Origin: a bacterium
GTDB lineage: Bacteria > Elusimicrobiota > JBDRMW01 > JBDROU01
NCBI GenBank assembly: GCA_043809745.1
Contig: JBDROU010000067.1
Coordinates: forward strand, 6,515 to 70,514
Length of the DNA stretch: 64,000 nt
Direction: 5' to 3'
A program made the position numbers and the translations under genes. Of this stretch, positions 54,334 to 62,990 are shown in pieces. Under the pieces are notes generated by a model that ran no database searches, was not told where the DNA came from, and saw only the letters and a program-made list of their open reading frames with translations. The stretch's first letter is position 1, and each line of letters begins with the position of its first letter.

Positions 54334-56835
54334 TTAGCTTTTTACTGGTTTTGGGAATGGTGTTTGGCTAAATGTAATTCTTTTATGTGAAGAATCATAA
54401 TCAGCATAAATTTTTAATTTTTTTGCTTGTTTTCCTGAACCTTTTATCGAAATATTGAATTTTTTTGCCAGTATTTCTTCAGCAAGCAGGTCTTCAAGTG
54501 AACGTTGAATTGTCCTTTGCAGCGGTCTGGCGCCATAATGAGGATCAAAACCCTGTTCCAGCAAAAACTCCTTTGCCTTGTCTGAAATCTCTATTTTTAA
54601 TCCCTGTTGAACCAATCTTTTATCAACTCTGGCTAACATCAGCTCAAGTATTTCAGCCATATGATCTTTTTCTAATGGATGGAATACAATTATTTCGTCA
54701 ATCCTATTTAAGAATTCCGGATTAAAAGCTTTTTTAACCTCTTCCATTACTGTATCCTTCATAACACGGTATTCATGCTGCATGTCCTCTTGTACGAGAA
54801 ATCCTAAAGATTTCCCTTTAGAGATTAATCTTGCACCAACATTTGAAGTCATTATAACTACCGTATTCTTAAAATTAACTTTATGACCTAAATTATCCGA
54901 CAGCACACCGTCATCCATAATCTGCAATAAAATATTAAAAACCTCCGGATGAGCTTTTTCGATTTCGTCTAATAATACCACAGAATAAGGTTTTCTCCTT
55001 ACTTGTTCGGAGAGTTGCCCGCCTTCCTCATATCCAACATAACCTGGGGGAGCGCCTATCAACCTGGAAACAGAGAATTTCTCCATATATTCGGACATAT
55101 CCACTCTTATAACTGCATCATCATTCCCGAATAAAAACTCAGCCATTGCTCGAGCAAGTTCTGTCTTGCCAACACCTGTTGGTCCCAAAAAGATGAACGA
55201 ACCAATCGGTTTTCTTGGATCCTGCAGACCAGTTCTTGAACGTCTTATAGCCTGGGACAGAACCTTTATAGCTTCATCCTGTCCGATTATCCGTTTATGC
55301 AGCTCCTTTTCCATATGAAGTAATTTTTCAGATTCCTTTTCGGTTAACCTATTTACAGGAATCCCGGTCCATTTTGAAACAATGGAAGCAATATCCTCAT
55401 CACTAATAGTAGGCTGAGCCTGCTCTCTTTTCTCCCTCCACTTCCTTTTTTCTTCCTCAAGAGATTTTCTCAATTCCTTTTCTGAATCGCGGAATTTCGC
55501 TGCTTTCTCGTATTCCTGTGAAGCTATAGAATCATCCTTTGATTTAGCAAGCTCCTCTATCTCAGATTCTTTTGTTTTTAACTCATCAGGCAGCTGAGAC
55601 ACCATTAACCGCGCTCTGCTGCCGGCTTCATCTATTAAATCAATCGCTTTATCAGGAAGATATCGATCTGAAATATATCTATCAGAAAGTTGGGCGGCTC
55701 CCGCTAACGCAGCAGAAGTAAATTTTACTTTATGATGGGACTCATATTTGTCCTTTAAACCCTCAAGAATCTCTATGGTTTGCTCAACAGTCGGAGGATC
55801 AACATTAATCGGCTGGAAACGTCTTTCAAGGGCTGCATCATGCTCAATATGTTTGCGGTACTCGTCTAATGTCGTAGCACCTATACACTGCAGCTCGCCG
55901 CGTGACAAAGCAGGTTTGAGCATATTCGACGCGTCTATAGCCCCTTCTGCGGCGCCCGCCCCAATTACTGTGTGAAGCTCATCGATAAATATTATTATCG
56001 AATTCTTGGAACGCCTGATTTCCTCCATAATATTTTTTAATCTTTGCTCAAACTCCCCTCTATATTTAGTTCCGGCAACAACAGCGGCTAAATCTAAAGT
56101 CATAACGCGTTTGTTATGCAGTAATTCCGGGATATCCCCCTTTGAAATTTTTTGAGCAAGCCCCTCAACTATAGCGGTTTTTCCAACACCGGGATCGCCA
56201 ATTAAAACAGGATTGTTCTTCGTTCTGCGGGACAATATCTGAATCAACCGCTCTATCTCCATTTCCCTGCCAATTACAGGATCAAGTTTATTTTCCCGGG
56301 AAAGTACCGTTAAATCTCTGCCAAATTCATCCAGTGTTGGTGTTTTTGATTTAGTCGGCCTTGACTGACCTGATTGAATATTATCCAAAGGAACCTGAGC
56401 TTCACCAAGAAGATTTATTACTTCTTCCTTTACTAATTCCAATCTGATGCCGATATTTTCAAGCACTCTCGCGGCTACACCCTCTTCCTCGCGTATAAGC
56501 CCCAACAGCAGATGCTCTGTTCCAACATAGTTATGACCCATGTTCTGAGCTTCTTCTACAGCTAATTCTAAAACCTTCTTTGCGCGCGGGGTAAAAGGTA
56601 TCTCCCCTAATAAAAGTACATTATCTCCGGTACCAACTATCTTTTCTATTTCGTTGCGGACCCTGCGAAGATCGACTCCAAGATTGGCCAATACCTGAGC
56701 TGCAACCCCTTCTCCCAAAGCAATTAAACCAAGCAAAATATGTTCCGTGCCTACATAATCGTGATTTAAACGTTTTGCTTCTTCTTGCGCAATTAATATC
56801 ACTCTTTGAGCTCGTTCAGTAAATCTATTTGGCAT
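54334..56835 (-). CDS. clpC: ATP-dependent Clp protease ATP-binding subunit ClpC
   Basis: Duplicated Clp_N repeats, two AAA+ modules (GDPGVGKTA and GPTGVGKTE) and a UVR-like linker between them. 833 aa. Confidence 0.9.
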   Translation of the reverse strand: MPNRFTERAQRVILIAQEEAKRLNHDYVGTEHILLGLIALGEGVAAQVLANLGVDLRRVRNEIEKIVGTGDNVLLLGEIPFTPRAKKVLELAVEEAQNMGHNYVGTEHLLLGLIREEEGVAARVLENIGIRLELVKEEVINLLGEAQVPLDNIQSGQSRPTKSKTPTLDEFGRDLTVLSRENKLDPVIGREMEIERLIQILSRRTKNNPVLIGDPGVGKTAIVEGLAQKISKGDIPELLHNKRVMTLDLAAVVAGTKYRGEFEQRLKNIMEEIRRSKNSIIIFIDELHTVIGAGAAEGAIDASNMLKPALSRGELQCIGATTLDEYRKHIEHDAALERRFQPINVDPPTVEQTIEILEGLKDKYESHHKVKFTSAALAGAAQLSDRYISDRYLPDKAIDLIDEAGSRARLMVSQLPDELKTKESEIEELAKSKDDSIASQEYEKAAKFRDSEKELRKSLEEEKRKWREKREQAQPTISDEDIASIVSKWTGIPVNRLTEKESEKLLHMEKELHKRIIGQDEAIKVLSQAIRRSRTGLQDPRKPIGSFIFLGPTGVGKTELARAMAEFLFGNDDAVIRVDMSEYMEKFSVSRLIGAPPGYVGYEEGGQLSEQVRRKPYSVVLLDEIEKAHPEVFNILLQIMDDGVLSDNLGHKVNFKNTVVIMTSNVGARLISKGKSLGFLVQEDMQHEYRVMKDTVMEEVKKAFNPEFLNRIDEIIVFHPLEKDHMAEILELMLARVDKRLVQQGLKIEISDKAKEFLLEQGFDPHYGARPLQRTIQRSLEDLLAEEILAKKFNISIKGSGKQAKKLKIYADYDSSHKRITFSQTPFPKPVKS

Positions 56836-56952
56836 ATTAGTTCTCTTTTCTTAAACTGTATTTTGCATCTTACTTTGTTTCTAACATATATTACAATTCT
56901 TTGTTCCTATTATCTATATATTATAAATTTCAATTTTCTGCAATAGTTAATT

Positions 56953-57831
56953 TTACCTTTTATAAACCGGAACTCCTGTAGATTTTGTCAGTTTTCTAAA
57001 CTCCTTAATTAGTCTTAAAGTTATATGTCCTGGTTTTCCAGAACCAATATTCCTGTTATCGACCCTTACAACCGGGATTACCTCCGCCGCAGTTCCAGTT
57101 AAGAAACACTCGTCTGCTGTATAGACATGGTAACGTGTAAAAACATCTTCTCTTACTTTTAATTTTAACTTTTTTTCTGCCAGTTCAATAACAACCTGCC
57201 GGGTTATTCCATTTAATGCCCCAACCCAGGATGGAGGAGTAATTAACTTATTCTTTGAAATTATGAATATATTATCTCCTGTACATTCAGCAACGTAACC
57301 TTGATAATTCAGCATAATGGCTTCTTGGACATTGCTGCGTATAGCTTCAACCTTCGCCATTATGTTATTTAAGTAATTCAACGATTTTATATTTGGATCT
57401 AAAGCTTCCGGGATATTTCGCTTAGTTGCAACTGTAACGACTTCAAGCCCCCGTTCATAAAGTTTTTCTGGATATAATTGAATTTTGTCAGCTATAATTA
57501 TAATAAGCGCGCGTTTGCAATTGTATGGATTAAGTCCAAGATCGCCGACACCTCTTGTTGCTATAAGTCTTATATATCCATTCTGCAATTTGTTAACTCT
57601 TACTGTTTCCAAGACTGCTTCCTGCATCTCATCGATTGTCATAGAAATATTTAAGATTAAAGCTTGAGCTGAATCATAAAGTCTTTTTAAGTGCTCTCTT
57701 AAACAAAAAACCTTACCTTCATAAATCCTTATACCTTCAAAAACGCCGTCACCGTACAATAATCCATGATCTAACACTGAGATACAAGCCTCATGCTCCT
57801 TGTAATATTTCCCATTAATAAATATTAACAT
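56953..57831 (-). CDS. ilvE: branched-chain amino acid aminotransferase (class IV PLP enzyme)
   Basis: Contains LDHGLLYGDGVFEGIRIY and ...ECTGDNIF... motifs. The ATG at 57831 is preceded by AGGAG at 7-nt spacing. The track ORF extends to a TTG at 57927 through the structured leader. Confidence 0.85.
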   Translation of the reverse strand: MLIFINGKYYKEHEACISVLDHGLLYGDGVFEGIRIYEGKVFCLREHLKRLYDSAQALILNISMTIDEMQEAVLETVRVNKLQNGYIRLIATRGVGDLGLNPYNCKRALIIIIADKIQLYPEKLYERGLEVVTVATKRNIPEALDPNIKSLNYLNNIMAKVEAIRSNVQEAIMLNYQGYVAECTGDNIFIISKNKLITPPSWVGALNGITRQVVIELAEKKLKLKVREDVFTRYHVYTADECFLTGTAAEVIPVVRVDNRNIGSGKPGHITLRLIKEFRKLTKSTGVPVYKR

Positions 57832-57849
57832 CTTTAGACTCCTAACTCG

Positions 57850-57968
57850 AGATCGCTCAAGAAGTCCCTTTGCTGCTGCAATTTCGGTCTTTAGAGCGAA
57901 GCAGTGACGCGCCTCATCTCGGCTCAAATCCCAAAATTTCGCTACGCAGAGGACTTTTTGAGAGATCT
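57850..57968 (-). promoter_or_regulatory. candidate structured RNA element (leader of ilvE or small RNA), class unknown
   Basis: This intergenic stretch is visibly GC-richer than its flanks. An 18-nt arm at 57968-57951 pairs with 57867-57850 at 16 of 18 positions, enclosing 83 nt that contain further AGCGAA/TTCGCT and GCC-N7-GGC helices. Confidence 0.3.
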
Positions 57969-58709
57969 CTAATCTTTAATGAATTTTCCATCTACCATCT
58001 TAATAATTCTATGTGCCTTTTTGGCAATACTATTATTATGCGTTACTATAATTAAGGTTGAACCGGATTCTTCCGCTTTTTCCCAAAGCAACCGCCTAAT
58101 CTCCTCACCTTTTTCCTTATCTAAATTACCCGTTGGTTCATCAGCAAGTATCAGTTTTGGATGATTAATGAGAGCACGGGCTAGAGCTGCGCGCTGCTGT
58201 TCACCTCCGGAAATCTCCGAAGGCAAAGAATTTATTCGATTCTCCAACCCCAATCTTGCAAGTAAATCCATAGCCCTTGGATAAATAACAGACTTAGATT
58301 CACCTGCGATAAATCCCGGAAGCATTACATTTTCCAGCACAGTAAACTCATCCAGCAAATAATGAAATTGAAAAAGAAATCCTATTGCATGATTCCTTAA
58401 ATTAGTTTTATCATTTTCCGAAAAGGTTTTAATATTTTTTCCAAACAAAAATAATTCTCCCTGATTCATAGTATCAATTAACCCTAATATATGCAGAATT
58501 GTGCTTTTCCCGGCTCCTGATGGACCTATAATTGATACAATCTCACCTTCATAAGCAATCAGATCTATTCCCTTTACTACAGCAATACTCTGCTTGCCTT
58601 GTAGGAAAACCCTCCAGATTGATTCCGCCTTTATTACTATGCGCGATTCAAAATCTACATATGAATCTGCTCTCACTTCAGTTGAAGCTATAGTGGAAAG
58701 ATTACCCAT
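57969..58709 (-). CDS. lolD: lipoprotein-releasing system ATP-binding protein LolD
   Basis: Walker A GPSGAGKST, signature ISGGEQQR and Walker B ILADEPTGNLD. Overlaps the upstream permease gene by 8 nt. Confidence 0.85.
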   Translation of the reverse strand: MGNLSTIASTEVRADSYVDFESRIVIKAESIWRVFLQGKQSIAVVKGIDLIAYEGEIVSIIGPSGAGKSTILHILGLIDTMNQGELFLFGKNIKTFSENDKTNLRNHAIGFLFQFHYLLDEFTVLENVMLPGFIAGESKSVIYPRAMDLLARLGLENRINSLPSEISGGEQQRAALARALINHPKLILADEPTGNLDKEKGEEIRRLLWEKAEESGSTLIIVTHNNSIAKKAHRIIKMVDGKFIKD

Positions 58710-59922
58710 ACCTTATAGCCTCCACCGGATCAATCTTTGCGGCTTTTTGTGCCGGGTATATGGTAGAAAAGAAAGCGATTATTAATGCCACAACTGTAAC
58801 TACGGCCAGATCACCCCACAATAGCTTTACAGGCAATGTATCTATATAATATACATCTGCCGGAAGTTTTATAAATTTATACCTGTCTAATAATAATGAG
58901 ACTACAACTCCAAGAACGCTTCCAAATAATATCCCTAATCCCCCCGTAATTAAACCTTCAAAAATAAAAATCTTCTTTATATCCAATATTTTAGCGCCTA
59001 ATGCTCTTAGTACCCCTATATCCCTGTATTTTTCCATAGTCAGCAGAAATAAGTTAGAGATTATATTGAACGCAGCCACTAAAATAATTAGGGTCAGAAT
59101 AATAAACATTACTATTTTCTCTAATTTCAAAGCAGAAAATAAATTCCTATTCATCTCTATCCAAGACCTAACCCAGTAATCATACCCCATATAAAACGAT
59201 AAACGCTCCGCCATTTTTTGCGCGTTATAAATATTCTCGATCTTTATCCCAAAACCGCTCACAGAATCATTATAATTAAACATCTTTTGTGCTTCTGCCA
59301 GAGAGATGTACGCCAGGTTAGCATCAAACTCATACATTCCGACATGGAATATCCCGCTTACATTAAAAACTGCCATCTGAGGTAAATTTCCAAAAGGAGT
59401 GGCTATAGCATGCGGGGAAACAAGAACCACTTCATTCCCTATATCTACTCCTAGATTCTTTGCAAGTTCGAAACCTAAAACAATATTTTTCGAACCTTTA
59501 GCATCTAAGCTCTCCAAATTCCCCTTTTCCATCTGTTTGCTTAATCTGGTGGTTTTATTCTCATAATCCGGCAAAATGCCTTTAACCACCGAACCAACAT
59601 TTGCTGATCCCATCTTCAATATTCCTTGCCCGTAAACAAACGGGGATGCAGCAATCACTTCGGGAAATCTCTCAAGCCTGACAATCACATTATTTATATC
59701 AATCTTCTTATTTGTCCTGCTTGTAAGTACAAGCTCAGATTGCGTACCAAGGATCTTTTTTTGAATATCATCCTTAAATCCATTCATTACCGAAAGGGTT
59801 ATAATCAATGAAGCAACACCTAACGTAACGCCTGAAATAGCAATAACTGTAGTTAAAAGAGCAAATACTCCTTTTTTCCTTGATTTGATATATCTCATTG
59901 CAATAAATAGTTTGTAATTCAA
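58702..59922 (-). CDS. lipoprotein-releasing system permease LolC/LolE
   Basis: 406-aa MacB/FtsX-fold permease with four TM helices and a large periplasmic loop. Starts MNYKLFIAMRYIKSRKK. Paired with lolD. Confidence 0.85.
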   Translation of the reverse strand: MNYKLFIAMRYIKSRKKGVFALLTTVIAISGVTLGVASLIITLSVMNGFKDDIQKKILGTQSELVLTSRTNKKIDINNVIVRLERFPEVIAASPFVYGQGILKMGSANVGSVVKGILPDYENKTTRLSKQMEKGNLESLDAKGSKNIVLGFELAKNLGVDIGNEVVLVSPHAIATPFGNLPQMAVFNVSGIFHVGMYEFDANLAYISLAEAQKMFNYNDSVSGFGIKIENIYNAQKMAERLSFYMGYDYWVRSWIEMNRNLFSALKLEKIVMFIILTLIILVAAFNIISNLFLLTMEKYRDIGVLRALGAKILDIKKIFIFEGLITGGLGILFGSVLGVVVSLLLDRYKFIKLPADVYYIDTLPVKLLWGDLAVVTVVALIIAFFSTIYPAQKAAKIDPVEAIRYG

Positions 59923-61407
59923 TTATTTCTCCTGTCTTAAGAGCGGAAAAAATACCACTTCCCTGATGCTTTCTATGCCGGTTATTATCATAACTAAACG
60001 GTCTATCCCAATTCCAAGCCCGCCGGTTGGTGGCATTCCGTATTCAAGAGCGCGTATATAATCATAATCATATGCATTCAATTTTTCATCCTCATTCTTA
60101 TTCTCAAGCTGCTGTTTGAAAAGCTTACTCTGTTCCATTGGATCGTTTAACTCACTATACGCATTAGCAATTTCCTCCCCCGCGATGAACAGTTCGAAAC
60201 GTTCAGCAACTTCCTTTTCCCCTTCCTTAGACTTAGCTAACGGAGAAAACATTTTAGGATAATCAATAACAAATGTTGGGTCAACTAGGTTAGGAGTAAT
60301 TAACGCATCAAATATCCTGTCATATATTTTTAATACCGAAATATCCTCTTCTAAAGTTAAATTGTGTTTCTTTGCAATTTTGATTAGTTTATCTTTATTA
60401 GGAGGCAATTCCAATTTTTCGCCAACATAACGCTCGAATAGTTCTAATATGCTCACCTTTTTGAAAGGTGTTTTTATAGAAAACTCCTTACCCCGATATT
60501 TTAACTTATCAGAAATCTTCAAATCTTCCGCAAGTTTGGCAAACAACTCTTCTGTAAGCTTCATAATACCTTCATAATCAGCCCATGCCTTATATGCTTC
60601 CAATATAGTGAATTCTGGATTATGTCTGGAATCTATGCCCTCATTTCTGAAACATCTTCCAATCTCAAAGACCCTTTCAAAACCACCAACAATAAGTCTC
60701 TTTAAATAAAGTTCCGGCGCTATTCTCAAAAAAAGCTGCATATCCAATGAATTATGGAATGTCTTAAACGGTCTAGCTATAGCTCCCCCTGGGATAGCCT
60801 GCATCTGAGGGGTTTCAACCTCTATGAAATCCAGAGACATAAGTGTCTTTCTTAATGAATCAACAATCTTGGACCTGGTTATAAATATCTCTTTTACATG
60901 ATTATTAACAATCAAATCTATATATCTTTGCCGATATCTAATCTCAACATCCTTCAATCCATGCCACTTTTCAGGCAGCGGTCTTAAGGATTTTGATAAT
61001 AAATTTATTTTTGAAACATTTATTGTTATCTCTCCTGTTCGGGTCTTAAAGCACTTTCCTTCCACACCTATCCAATCACCGATGTCTATACCCTTCTTAA
61101 AAATCCTATATGCATCCTCCCCTAACATATCCTCCCTAAGATACACTTGCATCTTTCCGCTGGAGTCCTGAATATGGCAAAAACAGGCCTTCCCCATTAA
61201 TCGCATAGTCATTATCCGCCCTGCAATAACAACCTTTCTTTCAGGCTCATCCTTAATTATATTTTCAATTTCTTTGCTAAGGTCCGATATTAAAAATTCA
61301 ACCTCGAATGCAGATGGATAAGGTGAAATACCCTGTTCAACAAGCCAATTTAGCTTCTCTTTTCTTTGTTCAATTATTTCTTCGAGTGTAGCTGATTCAG
61401 TTGTCAT
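59923..61407 (-). CDS. lysS: lysyl-tRNA synthetase, class II
   Basis: 494 aa with an OB anticodon-binding domain and class II motifs (...FRNEG..., ...GGLGIGIDRLVM...). Confidence 0.95.
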   Translation of the reverse strand: MTTESATLEEIIEQRKEKLNWLVEQGISPYPSAFEVEFLISDLSKEIENIIKDEPERKVVIAGRIMTMRLMGKACFCHIQDSSGKMQVYLREDMLGEDAYRIFKKGIDIGDWIGVEGKCFKTRTGEITINVSKINLLSKSLRPLPEKWHGLKDVEIRYRQRYIDLIVNNHVKEIFITRSKIVDSLRKTLMSLDFIEVETPQMQAIPGGAIARPFKTFHNSLDMQLFLRIAPELYLKRLIVGGFERVFEIGRCFRNEGIDSRHNPEFTILEAYKAWADYEGIMKLTEELFAKLAEDLKISDKLKYRGKEFSIKTPFKKVSILELFERYVGEKLELPPNKDKLIKIAKKHNLTLEEDISVLKIYDRIFDALITPNLVDPTFVIDYPKMFSPLAKSKEGEKEVAERFELFIAGEEIANAYSELNDPMEQSKLFKQQLENKNEDEKLNAYDYDYIRALEYGMPPTGGLGIGIDRLVMIITGIESIREVVFFPLLRQEK

Positions 61408-61410
61408 GTT

Positions 61411-61779
61411 TTATTTTTTCCGTTCCAGGACTTCTCGTACCATTGTTCTCAACACCGCAGGTTCAAAAGGTTTGTTTACATATAAAGCAACATTTGATAA
61501 AGCTTGAAAAAGTTCCTTAGTCTTTTCCTTTGCTGTAAGAACTATTATCGGAATTTTTTTAGTTTCTAAATTCTCATACAGTTTCGAAGCTACAGAATAA
61601 CCGTCTAAATTAGGCATCATCACATCAAGAATTACTAAATCAGGTTTTTCCTTTTCTACCAAAGGAAAAACCATCTCTCCATCATGCACATCAATTACGG
61701 TATGCCCGTCCCGTTCCAGCATAAATGCGAGCAGTTCACAGACATCATTATCATCATCTGCAATAACAATAGTAGCCAT
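61411..61779 (-). CDS. single-domain response regulator (CheY-like receiver)
   Basis: 122 aa with acidic pocket DDD(8-10), phospho-acceptor Asp in LVILDVMMP, Thr in VLTAK and Lys in NKPF. No output domain. Confidence 0.85.
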   Translation of the reverse strand: MATIVIADDDNDVCELLAFMLERDGHTVIDVHDGEMVFPLVEKEKPDLVILDVMMPNLDGYSVASKLYENLETKKIPIIVLTAKEKTKELFQALSNVALYVNKPFEPAVLRTMVREVLERKK

Positions 61780-61867
61780 AATCGTCTTTTATTCTTCCCT
61801 CTTTTTTAAATAAATGCTGAATTAAACGGCAAAAATAAGCTTTACAGTGCAACTTATAGATTGTACA

Positions 61868-62972
61868 TTATTTTTTGAGCAATTTCCAACTATGATATTC
61901 CTTAATAAGACCGTCAATGTTTCCATCCATTACCGTATCGACATTTCCTATTTCGTAACCTGTACGATGATCCTTCACCATTTGATACGGCATAAATACA
62001 TATGAACGCACCTGATTGCCCCATGCGATATCTCCCTTTTCATCGTACAATCTTTCTACCTTAGCTTTCTTCTTTTCCTGCTCTAATTGATACAGCTTCG
62101 CCTTAAGCATCTTTAAACAAGTCATCTTATTTTTATACTGAGACCTCTCATTCTGACATTGAACTACTATCCCTGAAGGAATATGCGTAATCCTGACAGC
62201 GCTATCAGTTTTGTTTACATGCTGGCCGCCATGTCCGCTGGCCCTGTAAGTATCTACCCTCATATCAGAATCTTTTAAATCGATTGTAATATCCTCCTCT
62301 ACATCAGGTATCACATCACATGCAGCAAATGAAGTATGCCTTCGTTTGTTTGAATCAAACGGAGATATCCTGACTAATCTATGCACCCCAATTTCCCCCT
62401 GCAGCAATCCAAATGCATATTCGCCTCTTATTATAAATGTTACCCTTTTAACCCCAGCCTCTTCCCCGGGAAGTATATCTACTATTTGACTCTTAAATCC
62501 CTTTGATTCAGCCCATCTAAGATACATCCTTAAAAGCATCTCCGCCCAATCACAAGATTCAGTCCCGCCTGCCCCCGCATGAAGCGTAATAATTGCAGGT
62601 GAATTTGAATGCTCATCAGAGAGTTTTATTTTAAAATCATATTCTGAAATTTTTATCCTCAATTCATCAATACCCGCTATTAACTCATTTTGAAGTTCAT
62701 CATCAACTTCGCTTTTAAGCAATTCCGATAACTCCTTCAAGTTAACATATTCTCTTCGCATTAACTGGAAAGCGCTGATACTGCCCTTAATCTCATTTAA
62801 TAATTTTATTTTCTCTTGAGCATGAGAGGCATCATTCCAGAAGTCTTCTTCCGAGGTCTCTAATTCAAGTTCTTTGATTTGTTTTAGTTTTTCATCAAGT
62901 TCAAAGATACCTCCTAAGCTTATTAAGAGAATCTTCTATCTTGCCTAGTTCTTCATTTATATCCTGGTTCAT
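61868..62972 (-). CDS. prfB: peptide chain release factor 2 (requires programmed +1 frameshift)
   Basis: ORF0 is MNQDINEELGKIEDSLNKLRRYL-TGA (62972-62901). The +1 frame continues ELDEKLKQIKELELETSEEDFWND... into the 297-aa ORF carrying the SPF and GGQ motifs. Confidence 0.9.
62901..62915 (-). other. RF2 autoregulatory +1 frameshift site
   Basis: The minus strand reads AGGAGG TAT CTT TGA A: an internal Shine-Dalgarno-like AGGAGG (62915-62910), a 3-nt spacer, slippery CTT (62906-62904) and in-frame TGA (62903-62901). Confidence 0.9.
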
Positions 62973-62990
62973 AAAATATTAATTAAATAT

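Noticed and set aside
56836-56952. Heat-shock operators upstream of clpC: CtsR box (GGTCAAA direct repeat) or CIRCE (TTAGCACTC-N9-GAGTGCTAA).
   Set aside because: Neither motif, nor a close variant, is present in the 117-nt upstream region on either strand.
57832-57927. N-terminal extension of ilvE (MSRDEARHCFALKTEIAAAKGLLERSRVRSLK, from a TTG start).
   Set aside because: The extension has no counterpart in class IV aminotransferases. The ATG at 57831 has an AGGAG at ideal spacing, and the extension merely translates through the GC-rich structured intergenic element.
57850-57968. Whether the structured element is an SRP (4.5S) RNA, a TPP, c-di-GMP, SAM, fluoride or guanidine riboswitch, or a T-box.
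   Set aside because: I compared it by eye on both strands with the consensus cores I remember (SRP GGAAGCAGC with GNRA loop; TPP CUGAGA...ACCUGAUCUGGAUAAUGCCAGCG; GEMM, SAM-I, crcB and ykkC cores; the T-box sequence). None is present. The element is kept only as an unclassified candidate.
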